The notes below the pieces were generated by a model, which saw only the letters and a program-made list of their open reading frames with translations, was not told where the DNA came from and made no database searches. The position numbers were made by a program, and so were the translations under genes. Source: an uncultured Gammaproteobacteria bacterium (lineage in GTDB: Bacteria > Pseudomonadota > Gammaproteobacteria > Magnimaribacterales > D2472). From it: 62,400 nucleotides of DNA. This document shows positions 59,789 through 62,400 of the stretch, piece after piece; the stretch's first letter is position 1, and the number at the start of each line of letters is the position of its first letter. The stretch lies in the NCBI GenBank assembly GCA_964469915.1, contig CAYXZT010000001.1, positions 29,938-92,337 of the forward strand. Reading direction: 5' to 3'.

Positions 59789-60681
59789 TATATTTTCTTA
59801 AAAACTCTCATAATCGCACTTCTTGAACGTTTATTTAAATTAACTTCATCTTCTGTTGGCCGAATTTTTTTTGCGATACATGTAAAGTCTTTTTCTTCAA
59901 TCATGTTTAAAGGAATATCTTTTGGGAAATTTCTAACACTTGGTTTAAAAAACTCTTTAACTATATTGTCTTCCAAGGAATGAAAAGAAATTACAACGAT
60001 AATACCTTCTTTTACAAGAATATTACTTGCTTGAGTTAATGATTGTTTTAATTCATCTAGCTCATCATTGATGTGAATTCTAAATGCCTGAAATGATTTG
60101 GTCGCTGGATGTATTTTTTTTCTTTTTTCTGGATATACATCTTCAATTATATTGGCTAATTGTTTGGTTGAAATGATTTCATTTTTTGATCTTTCTTCTA
60201 AGATAGATCTCGAGATAATTTTTGCATGCTTCTCATCTCCATACTTATATAAGATATCCATGATTTCTTTTTGTGGTGCATTATTTATCCATTCAGATAG
60301 AGGCTTACCTCGAGTAACATTGAATCGCATATCGAGAGGTCCATCATTCAAAAAACTAAAACCCCTATTGCCCTCATCAAAATGAGTAGAGCAAGTCCCT
60401 AGATCATAAAGAATTCCGTCAATGCTTTCTTTGGGAAAGGTTTCTTCTAATTTGTTAAATGAGCTATGAACTGCTTTAAAATTATCGGCCTTGATAAGAG
60501 AAGCATGATTAAAAGCATCTAGATCTTTGTCAAATGATGTGAGCTGTCCACTAGAATCTATCCTGTTTAATATAGCGGAAGTATGTCCACCTCTCCCATA
60601 TGTACAGTCTATATAATTACCATTTTTTTTGTGGATGAGAAAATCTAAAGACTCTTCCAGTAATACTGGAAAATGAAGCAT
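59788..60681 (-). CDS. rsmH: 16S rRNA m4C1402 methyltransferase RsmH
   Basis: MLHFPVLLEE... N-terminus with GRGGHTSA, DLGTCS and SFHSLED motifs. Confidence 0.95.
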   Translation of the reverse strand: MLHFPVLLEESLDFLIHKKNGNYIDCTYGRGGHTSAILNRIDSSGQLTSFDKDLDAFNHASLIKADNFKAVHSSFNKLEETFPKESIDGILYDLGTCSTHFDEGNRGFSFLNDGPLDMRFNVTRGKPLSEWINNAPQKEIMDILYKYGDEKHAKIISRSILEERSKNEIISTKQLANIIEDVYPEKRKKIHPATKSFQAFRIHINDELDELKQSLTQASNILVKEGIIVVISFHSLEDNIVKEFFKPSVRNFPKDIPLNMIEEKDFTCIAKKIRPTEDEVNLNKRSRSAIMRVFKKI

Positions 60682-60682
60682 A

Positions 60683-61792
60683 TCAATCTACTTGTTTTCT
60701 CATAAAAGTGGGCACATCAAGGAAATCAATTTCCGCTGCAGACGATGTGCCCCCTTCTTGATCAATGTTATCTCTTCTTAAACCAACAGGATTTAATTGA
60801 ATGCTCGGCTGATTGTCTATAACTAGGGTTGGAGCCCTTTGGTCGACACCTGTTGCTACTATGGTTACAAGTAAATCATCATCTACTGTTTCGTCATAAA
60901 CCAAACCATAAATAATATTTGCATCTTCATGAACTATTTCTTCAACGATATCAGCTACTTCTGTTTGATCACCTAGTGTAGGTTTTGCTGCTGTGATATT
61001 TACTAAGACACCTCTGGCATTTTTAAGATTAATATCTTCTAATAGCTCACTTTTCACTGCTTGAGTTGCTGCTGCTTCTGCTCTATTTTTTCCACTTGCT
61101 CTTCCAGTACCCATCATTGCAATGCCTTTTTCTGACATCACTGTTTTAACATCTGCAAAGTCAACATTAATATGTCCTTTTTTCATAATGATATCTGAAA
61201 TACCTTGAACAGCGCCCTTTAATACATCGTCTGCTTTTGCAAAAGCATCTTGCATTGCAGTGTCTTCACCTAGAATTTCATAAAGTTTTTGATTGGGGAT
61301 TGTGACAAGACTATCAACCTCTTCAACTAATGCGGCTAGGCCTTTTTCAGCTGCCGACATTCTTTTTTTACCTTCAAATTTAAATGGCTTAGTTACAACC
61401 GCAACAGTTAATGCACCCATATCTTTAGCAATTGATGCTACAACAGGAGCTGCACCGGTTCCTGTACCACCACCCATGCCTGCGGTAATAAATATCATAT
61501 CTGCACCAACTAGAAGTTCTTCAATTGCAGCTCTATCACTTTCTGCTGCCTTTCTACCAACATCAGGATTAGCTCCAGCTCCAAGACCTTTTGTAAGTCC
61601 ATTTCCCAGTTTTAATGTGATAGCGCCGTTTGCCTCTGAAAGTGCTTGAGTGTCAGTATTAGCACAAATAAAGTCAACTCCTTCAATATTGTGATTAATC
61701 ATATGAATCACAGCATTGCCGCCTGCACCACCAACGCCTACAACCTTTATTTTTGCATTTTCAACTGCCTGACCAATTACTTCAAAATTCAT
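60683..61792 (-). CDS. ftsZ: Cell division GTPase FtsZ
   Basis: GVGGAGGNAV and the tubulin signature GMGGGTGTGAAP are present. The C-terminal FtsA/ZipA-binding peptide IDFLDVPTFMRKQ is retained. I start at the ATG at 61792 (the track's GTG is at 61795), with a GGGGA SD upstream. Confidence 0.97.
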   Translation of the reverse strand: MNFEVIGQAVENAKIKVVGVGGAGGNAVIHMINHNIEGVDFICANTDTQALSEANGAITLKLGNGLTKGLGAGANPDVGRKAAESDRAAIEELLVGADMIFITAGMGGGTGTGAAPVVASIAKDMGALTVAVVTKPFKFEGKKRMSAAEKGLAALVEEVDSLVTIPNQKLYEILGEDTAMQDAFAKADDVLKGAVQGISDIIMKKGHINVDFADVKTVMSEKGIAMMGTGRASGKNRAEAAATQAVKSELLEDINLKNARGVLVNITAAKPTLGDQTEVADIVEEIVHEDANIIYGLVYDETVDDDLLVTIVATGVDQRAPTLVIDNQPSIQLNPVGLRRDNIDQEGGTSSAAEIDFLDVPTFMRKQVD

Positions 61793-61804
61793 CACTTTCC
61801 CCTT

Positions 61805-62272
61805 TTAGAATGACATTGATTTAATACTCTCTGGAAGTACTACATCTAAAACTTCTGTTGACAAAGAACCGCCCATTTGTCTCATATCCCAATTATTAAT
61901 ATTCCAAACCTCAAATTTGTCACCCATTCCAATAATACAAATCTGTTTTTGATCTGCGATATCAGCATATTTTCTTAATTCTAAAGGTATCAATGCCAAC
62001 ATTCTTCCCTCTAGGTCTAGATCAATAACATGTGCATTTCCTAGAATAGTCCATTGAAGGCTTCTAACAATTGGATCTAAACTTTGAAGTGATTGGAGTT
62101 TTGATGAAATATTATTCCACTCTGACTCAGGATAAATTTTTAAAGAAGGGTATTGAGGGTCTTTTGTTATTACAATTTTTGTTTCTTTATTCTCAACTAA
62201 ATTACAACGATACTTAGCAGGGATAGCTAATCTACCCTTTGTATCTAATGAAACTGCATTAAAACCATACAT
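61805..62272 (-). CDS. mraZ: Transcriptional regulator MraZ
   Basis: Two SpoVT/AbrB-like DxxxR motifs, DTKGRLAIP and DLEGRMLALIP. I start at the ATG at 62272 (MYGFNAVSLD...). The longer track ORF would run through the operator-like repeats. Confidence 0.9.
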   Translation of the reverse strand: MYGFNAVSLDTKGRLAIPAKYRCNLVENKETKIVITKDPQYPSLKIYPESEWNNISSKLQSLQSLDPIVRSLQWTILGNAHVIDLDLEGRMLALIPLELRKYADIADQKQICIIGMGDKFEVWNINNWDMRQMGGSLSTEVLDVVLPESIKSMSF

Positions 62273-62295
62273 TATGAAAATATATAGATTTTTTG

Positions 62296-62320
62296 CACAC
62301 TTTGCAACACATTTACACAC
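62296..62320 (-). promoter_or_regulatory. Candidate MraZ operator: three direct pentamers at 10-bp phase
   Basis: The minus strand reads GTGTG-TAAAT-GTGTT-GCAAA-GTGTG (pentamers at 62320..62316, 62310..62306 and 62300..62296). E. coli MraZ binds three TGGGN repeats separated by 5-nt spacers in the same relative location. Confidence 0.55.
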
Positions 62321-62351
62321 TTTTTAGTTCTGCTGAACTAGGGCAAAAAAA

Positions 62352-62400
62352 TATGAGTTGGTCTATAAGCCGGATTCTGTAAATGATGATCATCTATCTA
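62352..62400 (-). ncRNA. rnpB: RNase P RNA (bacterial type A), 3'-terminal portion only; continues beyond the right edge
   Basis: The reverse complement of 62400..62350 is TAGATAGATGATCATCATTTACAGAATCCGGCTTATAGACCAACTCATATT. The E. coli rnpB 3' end as I recall it is CTAGATGAATGACTGTCCACGACAGAACCCGGCTTATCGGTCAGTTTCACCT. The universally conserved ACAGAAnCCGGCUUA (P4 3' strand) is present and followed by a T7 run. The exact 3' end is uncertain by about 5 nt. Confidence 0.7.

Noticed and set aside
60683-61792. Locally higher GC in ftsZ (and in the thiolase gene at 32971..34149), considered as a sign of horizontal acquisition.
   Set aside because: Both proteins are very Gly/Ala-rich, which forces G+C at codon positions 1-2. 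Third positions look as AT-biased as in neighbouring genes by eye. A codon-position GC calculation would be needed to say more.
62325-62340. A hairpin TAGTTC-TGCT-GAACTA between rnpB and the mraZ repeats, considered as the rnpB terminator.
   Set aside because: The stem is only 6 bp. On the minus strand the U-run precedes rather than follows it, and on the plus strand no T tract follows. It could be part of the Pmra -35 region or an operator, but there is no support for a terminator call.

Overview
This is an AT-rich (roughly 30-33% GC by eye), almost gap-free 62.4-kb piece of a streamlined gammaproteobacterial chromosome. I count 71 protein genes (67 on the minus strand; only bcp, bepA, proS and fdxA on plus), one tRNA-Lys(UUU), and the 3' end of RNase P RNA at the right edge. 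I saw no rRNA, CRISPR array, transposase, integrase, prophage or obvious accessory island. The content is core housekeeping, built from classical gammaproteobacterial synteny blocks packed end to end (listed left to right on the + strand): sucA-sdhBADC | der-bamB-yfgM-hisS-ispG-rodZ-rlmN-ndk | iscX-fdx-iscA-iscU-iscS-iscR | purC-bamC-dapA / bcp / perM / bepA | transporter-tRNA-Lys-cpoB-pal-tolBARQ-ybgC-[nuclease]-yebC-aspS-zinc ribbon / proS | SPFH pair-thiolase-recA / fdxA | DUF368-pcm-surE-ispDF-ftsB-eno-kdsA-pyrG | alr-dnaB-rplI-rpsR-rpsF | dcw cluster ftsA ... rsmH-ftsZ-mraZ | rnpB. Many neighbours share ATGA or TAATG stop/start overlaps, and three convergent gene pairs overlap at their 3' ends. 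I did not find a multi-gene novel system. The interest lies in departures from conserved synteny. (1) A 141-aa Hjc/VRR-NUC-like PD-(D/E)XK nuclease sits exactly where ruvC-ruvA-ruvB normally lie. (2) ftsZ has moved to second position in the dcw operon (mraZ-ftsZ-rsmH), and the cluster now ends at ftsA. (3) The isc operon lacks hscBA. (4) ProRS lacks the INS editing domain. (5) MurD is shortened and has an altered P-loop. (6) IspD and IspF are fused, and nlpD-rpoS-mutS-recX are absent from their usual slots. Readable regulatory sites include an IscR type-1 box inside a consensus promoter that implies a leaderless GTG-initiated iscR, a LexA box at recA, a recA terminator that carries the next gene's SD-like sequence, and three phased pentamers resembling an MraZ operator. 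All homology calls come from reading the translated ORFs and recalling family motifs and reference gene orders; no searches were run.
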